From positions 1-64,000 of IMG/VR virus record IMGVR_UViG_3300027896_000017: 64,000 nucleotides of DNA, one strand, 5' to 3'. A program made the translations under genes and the position numbers. The notes below the pieces were generated by a model, which saw only the letters and a program-made list of their open reading frames with translations, was not told where the DNA came from and ran no database searches. Source of the stretch: a virus. Below, one piece after another: positions 39,416-48,400 of the stretch. Each line of letters starts with the position of its first letter. The first letter of the stretch is position 1.

Positions 39416-40810
39416 TTAAGATGCAAATGCTTTTGTAATAGTGGAAAAATAATTGGTACCGTTATAATATATAGACACTATATCAATAGCACTTGCTGTA
39501 GTGCTTAATACTAATCCTAAAGCTGTACCCCCAGGTGCTCTTACAGTATTGGGCCAAGTTGCGACTTTACTACCAGTACCGTCTTGAGTGCATCTTAATA
39601 CTAAATTGCAGGGCCCATTAGGAGCTGAAAAGATAAAAGTGCAATTTCCAGTTAAGGTTATTTTTTGTTTTTGCCCATTAATCCAGTTAATTGTGGTAGC
39701 CCCGCTACCATTACCATTATCGTACTCAGATACATATGATGCTGTTTTTAAGGCGGACATATCGCCAGAATCGCTTAATATTACAGAGCTATTTTGAATG
39801 GTTTTGCCATCAGCGCCACTCCATCTAACAATAGCCTTATCTGTAGAAGAAACTGGCATAACATATCCAGATCCAGAATAACCAGAAGTTCCTGACGTTC
39901 CAGACGCCCCAGATATTCCAGATGTTCCAGAAGTCCCAGACACACCAGAAGTTCCAGACGTTCCAGATGCTCCAGATGTTCCAGAAGTTCCAGAAGTTCC
40001 AGAAGTTCCAGAGGTTCCAGAAGTACCTATTCCAGAGACTCCAGACGTTCCAGAAGTTCCTGATGTTCCAGACACCCCAGATATTCCAGATGTCCCAGAA
40101 GCCCCAGACACACCAGAAGTTCCAGATGCTCCAGATGTTCCAGATGTTCCAGATGTTCCAGATGTTCCAGATGTTCCAGAGGTTCCAGAAGTACCTATTC
40201 CAGAGGCTCCAGACGTTCCAGAAGTTCCTGACGTTCCAGATACCCCAGATATTCCAGATGTCCCAGAAGTCCCAGACATACCAGAAGTTCCAGACGTTCC
40301 AGATGCTCCAGATGTTCCAGATGTTCCAGATATTCCAGAGGTTCCAGATGTTCCAGAAGTACCTATTCCAGAAGCCCCAGACGCTCCAGAAGCTCCTGAT
40401 GTTCCAGATGCCCCAGATATTCCAGATGTCCCAGAAACCCCAGACGTTCCAGACGCTCCAGACGTTCCAGAAGTTCCAGAAGTTCCTGAAGTTCCAGACG
40501 CTCCAGATGTTCCAGATTCTCCAGATGTCCCAGATGTTCCAGAAACTCCTGATGTTCCAGATCTTCCTGACGTCCCAGATGTTCCTGATGCCCCTGATAT
40601 TCCAGACGTTCCAGAATAACCAGAATAGCCATAAGTATTAGGATTTATAGAACGATAAACCCCATTAGCGTCTCGATATCCTAAATTTCCAGTATCGTTC
40701 TCAATCCCTATTTGACATAAATCTATATGGCTATTTAAATCCGAACTAGTGTTATTAATTTCGGTAATGTGGACCTGTTCGGCATTAATATCATTATAAG
40801 TATTGGGCAT
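39416..40810 (-). CDS. Gly-X-Ser repeat fibre protein
   Basis: About 250 aa of (SGT/SGA/SGV)n; N-terminus shared with the 45481-51180 protein; tail-fibre-like C-terminus. Confidence 0.8.
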   Translation of the reverse strand: MPNTYNDINAEQVHITEINNTSSDLNSHIDLCQIGIENDTGNLGYRDANGVYRSINPNTYGYSGYSGTSGISGASGTSGTSGRSGTSGVSGTSGTSGESGTSGASGTSGTSGTSGTSGASGTSGVSGTSGISGASGTSGASGASGASGIGTSGTSGTSGISGTSGTSGASGTSGTSGMSGTSGTSGISGVSGTSGTSGTSGASGIGTSGTSGTSGTSGTSGTSGTSGASGTSGVSGASGTSGISGVSGTSGTSGTSGVSGIGTSGTSGTSGTSGTSGTSGASGTSGTSGVSGTSGTSGISGASGTSGTSGYSGSGYVMPVSSTDKAIVRWSGADGKTIQNSSVILSDSGDMSALKTASYVSEYDNGNGSGATTINWINGQKQKITLTGNCTFIFSAPNGPCNLVLRCTQDGTGSKVATWPNTVRAPGGTALGLVLSTTASAIDIVSIYYNGTNYFSTITKAFAS

Positions 40811-40841
40811 AAACTTTTCCTTTTTTTATATTAACTATTTA

Positions 40842-43040
40842 TTAAGAGTTAATTCCAAATTCTAAACCAGCTATTAAAGATAATATTGGACCAACACCCC
40901 AAAATGTTTGAGGTTCATTTTGACTATTATAATCAGTTAAAATCCAATCTGTGGAACGAGCAATATTTGAGATTCTTATTTCATCTAATGAACCATAGAA
41001 ATACGTTTGTGCCGATGCTGTACCTCGACCAATAACCAATTGTGTAGTATAGCTACCTGTTCCCGCCGTATTTACTGTAATGCTTCGCTGAAACGTTCCA
41101 TTAAGATAAAAAGATAAAGTCGTTCCCGAATATACTAGACTTGCCCTATACCATACCCCAGCACTTATGGCAGTTTGGTCGGTAGCATTCCATAAGATAT
41201 TAGGCGCATGACGAGCCACACCTATACCAGTGGTCCATTGGAAAATCCTGTAATCGACTTTTGCGCCATCATCGTAATGCGAAACTAAGGCAGAATGGTC
41301 ATCTGTGTCAGTGGTACTAACTGCATTGAACCAGACCTCTTCAGTTATATCTCCACTAGTTATTCCTAAATTTTGTGAAACTGCTGCGTATTGTGTCGTA
41401 CCATTACAACTTCGCGCCTTGCCAATGTTGTTGTATCCTGTAGTTTCAGTTGTTCCACTATTAGTTAATGTATAACCGTTGGAAGTAGAGTCTGCAAGAG
41501 TGGCTGGGCTTCCCACACCATCTCCGTGATAAACAGCTTTATGGCTTGTGCTGTCCCAAACAGCATATTGTCCATAAGTTGCTGTTGGTTGATACGGCAA
41601 CGCATCAGATTTTCCCCACCATACATAAATTTTAATATCTACAGAAGAACTAATCGAAGGTACCTTTACCCATATTTCTGCCGAGGAAGTGCTTGGGGTT
41701 CCTGTATTATTAAACGAAACAATTTCAAAAGGTAATTGCACAAGCCCGCCTACATCACTAGAAAATCTTATATCACTACCATCTGAATTTGCCCCTAATC
41801 CACTTGTAAATATTTGTTGATCTAAATTCGATGTTCCTTGTGACCCAGTCCATACAAAAGGTGTAGTAAAGTTAGAATAAGTTGGGGCACCTAAACTGCA
41901 TTTTGTATGATTTTGAGTTAGTATAAGTTCCTGTTTCCATCCAATTGGAAAAATAGGAATAGTAAACCGTTCGTCATAATAAATAAAAGTCTCTGGTGAA
42001 CTTTGTGCTGCATAAGCACTTTTGGTATACGCCTCACTAGCTATACTATTTCCTATTCTTATTTCGTCAAGATAGCCATTGAGATATCCATCACCCGCCC
42101 AATTTGATTTTCCTAAATAGCAATTAGGTCGAGCTGCATCACGTAACCAACTTGGTGCAGATGTGGCAGAACCTACTACGACACCATTTATATATAAATT
42201 CAGTGTTCCTGCCGAACCATCCCATGTATATATAAAATGTTTCCACGCACCTGTTGACCATAAATTAGTATCTTGCCGGTAATAGTTGTTTGTGTTGTTA
42301 AACAGATGTATAGATCCTGTGACTGGACTGGTACCAGAATCGTGGTGTATTTCAAAGTTGTCCTGTCCTGCTCCGTTACCAAAATCAATTATACGAGAAC
42401 CCTGTTCAGCAAACGAGTTCCAATACACCCACCCCATAGCCGTCCAATAAGTTCCAAAATTCGGATTTCCAGCAGAAAGGCCTCCATTGATATACATATA
42501 GTTACTTGATCCATTGAAACTTCTTGCTTTACCAATAACACCATTTACTACTGATGTGCCAGAGTTTGTCATGTTAAACGAAGATCCAACCGAATTGTTC
42601 ATATTCGTACTGCCTGTATCATCACCATGATATACCATATTCCATCCCGGAAAAGCATTATAACGGCCAAAGGAATGACTGCTTGAATACTGCGTAGCAA
42701 GTGAATACCCCCACCAAAGATAAAAAGCCGTATCAACTATTGTTGATAAAGAAGGTAATTTTACCCATATTTCTGCACGATAATTTACAGTATCAAAAGT
42801 CACCACATCAAAAGGCAATTCCGTCAATCCTGCCGCATCTATACTAAACCTCAAATCACCACCACCATTCAATGCGGAATAAGCGCCTCCATCTATTAAA
42901 TATGATGGTATATTAGATGTTTCTGCGGTCCATATTAAAAGCACAGCAAAAGCCGAGTAGTCATTCTTAACCTTAGAAGAATTGACATTAAGTTTTAGTC
43001 TGTATTTCCACAGAGCTGTGTCTAATCTAATATCTGCCAT
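40842..43040 (-). CDS. tandem DUF2341 + LamG/ConA-like adhesin
   Basis: G.DLRF..LPF..AEIWVK.P..WWG and G.LDEIRIS motifs, twice. Confidence 0.8.
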   Translation of the reverse strand: MADIRLDTALWKYRLKLNVNSSKVKNDYSAFAVLLIWTAETSNIPSYLIDGGAYSALNGGGDLRFSIDAAGLTELPFDVVTFDTVNYRAEIWVKLPSLSTIVDTAFYLWWGYSLATQYSSSHSFGRYNAFPGWNMVYHGDDTGSTNMNNSVGSSFNMTNSGTSVVNGVIGKARSFNGSSNYMYINGGLSAGNPNFGTYWTAMGWVYWNSFAEQGSRIIDFGNGAGQDNFEIHHDSGTSPVTGSIHLFNNTNNYYRQDTNLWSTGAWKHFIYTWDGSAGTLNLYINGVVVGSATSAPSWLRDAARPNCYLGKSNWAGDGYLNGYLDEIRIGNSIASEAYTKSAYAAQSSPETFIYYDERFTIPIFPIGWKQELILTQNHTKCSLGAPTYSNFTTPFVWTGSQGTSNLDQQIFTSGLGANSDGSDIRFSSDVGGLVQLPFEIVSFNNTGTPSTSSAEIWVKVPSISSSVDIKIYVWWGKSDALPYQPTATYGQYAVWDSTSHKAVYHGDGVGSPATLADSTSNGYTLTNSGTTETTGYNNIGKARSCNGTTQYAAVSQNLGITSGDITEEVWFNAVSTTDTDDHSALVSHYDDGAKVDYRIFQWTTGIGVARHAPNILWNATDQTAISAGVWYRASLVYSGTTLSFYLNGTFQRSITVNTAGTGSYTTQLVIGRGTASAQTYFYGSLDEIRISNIARSTDWILTDYNSQNEPQTFWGVGPILSLIAGLEFGINS

Positions 43041-43049
43041 TATTTTCTC

Positions 43050-43298
43050 TTATTGAAGTATATTTGTTGGGATTTCGCCTTCATAAAATGCTTGTTCAGT
43101 TTCAGTGCCCTCATTAATAACATAAAAATTAACTTGGCGCTGAATTCCTATTGGTATTCCGTCTTTTATCTTTGTTTCAAAAACATTGGTTAAATATCTT
43201 TTTGTTATAAGATTTAATTCATTCTGGGCATGAGGTTCAACCTGCACGATTGCAGTAAAACGCGAAACAAGATCAGCAAGTAACTCAGTCTTTGTCAT
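43050..43298 (-). CDS. hypothetical protein
   Basis: AAGGGAG RBS. Confidence 0.6.
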   Translation of the reverse strand: MTKTELLADLVSRFTAIVQVEPHAQNELNLITKRYLTNVFETKIKDGIPIGIQRQVNFYVINEGTETEQAFYEGEIPTNILQ

Positions 43299-43319
43299 AA
43301 CATCTCCCTTGTTGTTGGA

Positions 43320-45479
43320 TTAAAAGAAAACAAAAAAGCTTCCACCTAATGTTGTTATTGCACCTACACTCCAAAAAGTCTGAGGCGAATTTTGGCTATT
43401 ATAATCAGTCAAAACCCATGCCGCAGAACGTTCTATACTTGATACGCGAAATTCATCTATTGAGCCATCATAAGAAAATGACCCACCCGGATAAATACCC
43501 ATTTCAAAGTCGGTTATGGTTCCAAATGCCTTAGTTTTACCTGTGTCAGATTGTATCTGTGAACCGTTACGATAAATTCTCATTGTCCCTGCAGCCACAT
43601 CTTTTGTAAACACCCAATAATTCCATTGCCCTTTCCAGTGTGATGAATCGTTGTCAAGAATATTTATTCTATCATAATTTCCTGCACAGTCCCAATAAAT
43701 ATTCTGATCGTCACCCCACGGACAATGCACATTTAGTTGTCGTGCTGGGCCTGCGGAAATCGCACCAAAAAGAGTGCCTTGCATCGGTTGGGTCGGCCCT
43801 CCATAATTCCACAATCCAATCGTAATCTTTCCACCTGATACTATAGTTGTATTAAGTACTGATACTGGAGGTGTAATGGCTTGACCGGAAACATTGAACT
43901 GGAACGCCTTGCCCAATTTTCCATCTATTAGTGTCGGCCAACTTGTAGCCGTAATACAATTTCTTGCATACGAAGTTGAGTCAGCACAAGCAGATGCAGT
44001 TTTCATGTGATAAACAGCTTCATGGCTTGTGCTATCCCAAACACCATACTGTCCGTAGGTTTCACTTGGAAGATATGCTATCGCATCTGATTTTCCCCAC
44101 CAGACATATATTATCGTGTCAGTAGAACTATTTACCGAAGAAACCTTAACCCATATTTCTGCAGAACCATTCCCTGATTTACTAAATGATACAATTTCAA
44201 ATGGCAGTTCTGTCGTTCCGGCAGCACCACTTGTGAAACGTATATCAGAACCATCAGAATTTGCACCTCCATTTGACGCAAAAATCTGAGAAGGCAGATT
44301 AGATGTTCCTGCCGTTCCTGTCCAGATAAATGGTGTAGTAAAATTACTCTGAGTGCCTGTTCCTACTTTAGTATGGTCTTGAGTTAATAAACACCTATAC
44401 TTCCATCCTGTTGGAAAAATTATACTATTAACAGTTCCAACACTCCAGAATGTCTGTGGCGAATTCTGATTATTATAATCAGTTGAAAGCCACTCAGCAG
44501 AACGAGCAATATTTGAGATTCTTATTTCATCTAATGAACCGTAAAAATATGTTTGAGCTGTTGCTGTGCCGCGTCCAATAACTAATTGTGTAGTATAAGT
44601 ACCTGATCCAGATGAGCTTACTGTTACACTACGTTGGAACGAACCGTTAAGATAAAAAGACAAAGTTGTTCCTGAATATACTAAGTCTGCTTTATACCAA
44701 GTGCCTGCACTTATTGCTGTTTCCGAAGTAGAGTTCCATGCAACAGCAGGTGCGTGACGAGCTACACCTATTCCTGTTGTATACTGAAATATTCTATAAT
44801 CAATTTTTGCCGTATCATCATAATGAGAAATCAAGGCTGAGTGGTCATCAGAATCAGTGGTATTAACAGCATTAAACCATAACGATTCTGTAACATTATC
44901 GTTTGTTATTCCTTGATTATCGGAACGAGATGCATATTGAGATAATCCATCACAACTTCTAGCCTTTCCAATCTTGCCTGTCGTTGATGTTGTTCCACTA
45001 TTAGTTGCCGTATAACCATTGGAAGTAGAATCTGCAAGATCACCTGAACCATCTCCATGATAAACAGCTTTATAAGAAGTCATCCAGACATTATTGCTTC
45101 CATATGTATCTGTAGGCCCATAAGCTGTAGCGTCAGATTTCCCCCACCAAACATAAGCCACTACATCAGTGATAGAATTAACTGATGGAATTTTAACCCA
45201 TATTTCAGCGGAGGATGTTCCAGGTGTTCCTGTATTGGTAATAGCTACAATTTCAAAAGGTAATTCGGTTGTTCCTTTTCTATCGCTAGTAAAACGTATG
45301 TCACTTCCGTCAGATTTTGCGCCTACTCCGCTAGTAAATATTTCTTGAGGCAAATTTGACGTACCAGAAGAACCGGTCCACACAAACAAGCTTGGAAAAT
45401 CTGATTGTGTGCCTGTACCAACTTTTGTGTGGTCTTGCACTAAGCGACATTTATAAGCCCAACCAGTAGGAAACGCCAT
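43320..45479 (-). CDS. tandem DUF2341 + LamG/ConA-like adhesin (paralog of 40842-43040)
   Basis: Same motifs twice; one module closely matches the paralog. Confidence 0.8.
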   Translation of the reverse strand: MAFPTGWAYKCRLVQDHTKVGTGTQSDFPSLFVWTGSSGTSNLPQEIFTSGVGAKSDGSDIRFTSDRKGTTELPFEIVAITNTGTPGTSSAEIWVKIPSVNSITDVVAYVWWGKSDATAYGPTDTYGSNNVWMTSYKAVYHGDGSGDLADSTSNGYTATNSGTTSTTGKIGKARSCDGLSQYASRSDNQGITNDNVTESLWFNAVNTTDSDDHSALISHYDDTAKIDYRIFQYTTGIGVARHAPAVAWNSTSETAISAGTWYKADLVYSGTTLSFYLNGSFQRSVTVSSSGSGTYTTQLVIGRGTATAQTYFYGSLDEIRISNIARSAEWLSTDYNNQNSPQTFWSVGTVNSIIFPTGWKYRCLLTQDHTKVGTGTQSNFTTPFIWTGTAGTSNLPSQIFASNGGANSDGSDIRFTSGAAGTTELPFEIVSFSKSGNGSAEIWVKVSSVNSSTDTIIYVWWGKSDAIAYLPSETYGQYGVWDSTSHEAVYHMKTASACADSTSYARNCITATSWPTLIDGKLGKAFQFNVSGQAITPPVSVLNTTIVSGGKITIGLWNYGGPTQPMQGTLFGAISAGPARQLNVHCPWGDDQNIYWDCAGNYDRINILDNDSSHWKGQWNYWVFTKDVAAGTMRIYRNGSQIQSDTGKTKAFGTITDFEMGIYPGGSFSYDGSIDEFRVSSIERSAAWVLTDYNSQNSPQTFWSVGAITTLGGSFFVFF

Positions 45480-45480
45480 G

Positions 45481-48400
45481 TTATGTCTCCTGACTTAAGG
45501 CTATTAAGTCCCATTTATCATCAGCCGCATGATAAATAAATCCCATATACAAAGTCTTTGATAAAACAGTTGTAGTAGGCAAAGCATTCCCCATTGCCCG
45601 ATACTTATCTCCAAAAGAAATAGCTCTTGCTGTTCCATTATCTTTTATTCTGATTATTAATTTTTCTCCCAATACCGGCGTTGATGTAGAATGATTATTT
45701 ATAGTTATTGCACCAGCTAAGGCGGTTATTGCGTAAATATCATATGTATCTATTTCAGGTGTCAAAGAAGTGTTAGAGGCCACACTTAAAGATCTTGGCT
45801 GATTCCTTTTATTAGTAAATGTAGTTGTGCTACTTGCAGTAACTCCTGCATATCCCGAAACACCAGAAGTTCCAGATGTTCCAGATGTTCCAGATGTCCC
45901 TGATGTTCCAGACACCCCAGACGTTCCAGATGTTCCAGAATACCCAGACGTTCCAGACGTTCCAGACGTTCCAGACGTTCCAGACGTTCCAGACGTTCCA
46001 GACGTTCCAGACGTTCCAGATGTTCCAGATGTTCCAGACGTCCCAGATGTCCCAGATGTTCCAGAATATCCACTTGTTCCAGATGTTCCAGATGTTCCAG
46101 ATGTTCCAGATGTTCCAGATGTTCCAGATGTTCCAGATGTTCCAGATGTTCCAGATGTTCCAGATGTTCCAGATGTTCCAGATGTTCCAGATGTTCCAGA
46201 TGTTCCAGAATATCCACTTGTTCCAGATGTTCCAGAATATCCACTTGTTCCAGATGTTCCAGATATTCCAGACGTCCCAGACGCTCCAGACGCTCCAGAC
46301 ACTCCAGACACTCCAGATGTGCCACTATATCCAGAAACCCCTTGAACAGTAAATGTAGTTTCTACCCAAGAAGAATCAGTCGTGCCCTGATATGTCCATG
46401 TCGCATTATGAGCATTAGCTTCACTATTTATAGCGACCACTCTAATTATAATTCTGTCTGTACTAAGTATTGATATTGGAGATTCTATTGTCCAATAGGT
46501 GTCATATGCGGTCACATCCACTGTAAGGGCCCCTGTAGATCCTACTACACCTCCAGATAGGGCGGTTACCACACCTGTAGCGGATCGTTTTTCTATTACA
46601 TAACCCGCTGATACATGCGCATTATTTGCAGAAAATCTACCATGAAATTTCCACGTTCCAACTGGTATTGAGGTCTCGCCTGGAACCGTTGCAACTGTTA
46701 GATAGCTATCAAAAGGAACATATGAAGAAGCGCTGGTTATTCCAGTAAGATTTTCTGTTGTTTCAGTACCTGTTGCCGGAACTCTTGTCAATTTTTCACA
46801 ATTTATTGTAATGGTAGCGGTAGTATTATTATTTGAATTAGTTAAAGAACCATATCCATTAGTAACAGTTATTGTCGAAGCAGTAACTGAGCGTATTGCC
46901 CATTCGTGGGTATCCATGGCTGTTGAAGAATTTGTAACTATAAATTTTTGACCAACTACCCAATTATCAGTTACAAAACTACCCGCGCCACTTCGAACTA
47001 TCGTGCCGGCGGCAGCAGAAAATGTAAAAGTATCTCCACCTGAAGCTTGTGAAGTAGGAGTGGTAATATCAGAACTTGTAGTATCAAACCAAAATTTTTG
47101 TCCAGTTACAGCCCCTTGTACTCCACTATACCCACTATTTCCAGAATATCCAGATGTCCCGGATGTTCCAGATGCTCCAGATGTTCCAGATGCTCCAGAC
47201 GCTCCAGATGTTCCAGAATATCCGCTTGTTCCAGACGCCCCAGACGCTCCAGACGCCCCAGATGTTCCAGATTCTCCAGATGTTCCAGATTCTCCAGATG
47301 TTCCAGATTCTCCAGACGTTCCAGATTCTCCGGATGTTCCAGATTCTCCAGAATATCCAGATTCGCCAGATGTTCCAGATGTTCCAGATACTCCAGATGC
47401 TCCAGACGTACCAGACGCCCCAGAATATCCTGACGTGCCAGAATAACCTTGTAATCCTGGTTCATCAGAAAAATTTATAGGTCTTGCAAAATCTTCTGGG
47501 ACAGTTTCTAAATTCCATCTTTTTGCATACATGAATTGAAAGTATACGTCTTCAATGAATGCTTTTTCTACTTCGCCATCATTATAAATATATGTAGTAA
47601 GTGTCCATGTTCCCGAATATCCAGAAATTCCGCCAGAATGCGTAATCTTACCATAATATTCATTGCCGCTTTCATCTGCTATTGGATTATGATTAATACC
47701 ATTTCTTAAATTACATATATCTTCATAGCCGCTTACCGGGACGCCTTCAGTTGTGTCAGGAAAAGAATCAACCGCCCTTTCTCCAATCATAGAATCGCTA
47801 ATATCATATTGAGAAATTCCTGAATATCCAGAAACGCCCACAAAAGCTTGTGTATTAGATATAATTTTTCTACCTTCAAAATTTGCGGTACTTCCTGATA
47901 TTCCAGATTCTCCAGAATATCCTGATTCACCAGAATATCCTGATTCACCAGAATATCCTGATTCACCAGAATATCCAGATTCGCCTGACGTTCCAGATGT
48001 CCCAGATGTCCCAGATGTTCCAGATGCCCCAGATTTTCCTGAAGTTCCAGATGCTCCAGATTCTCCAGAATATCCTGATTCTCCAGAATATCCAGATTCG
48101 CCTGATGTTCCAGACGCTCCAGATGTTCCAGATGTTCCAGACGTTCCAGATTTTCCTGAAGTTCCAGATGTTCCGGATTCTCCAGAATATCCTGATTCTC
48201 CAGAATAACCCGATTCTCCAGAATATCCTGATTCTCCAGAATATCCTGATTCTCCAGAATATCCAGATTCACCTGATGTTCCAGACGTTCCAGACGCCCC
48301 AGATGTTCCAGATGTTCCAGACGTTCCAGATTTTCCTGAAGTTCCAGATGTTCCGGATTCTCCAGAATATCCTGATTCTCCAGAATATCCTGATTCTCCA

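Noticed and set aside
40842-45479. Diversity-generating retroelement TR/VR pair
   Set aside because: The similarity is between whole paralogous modules, is not adenine-specific, and there is no reverse transcriptase in the window.
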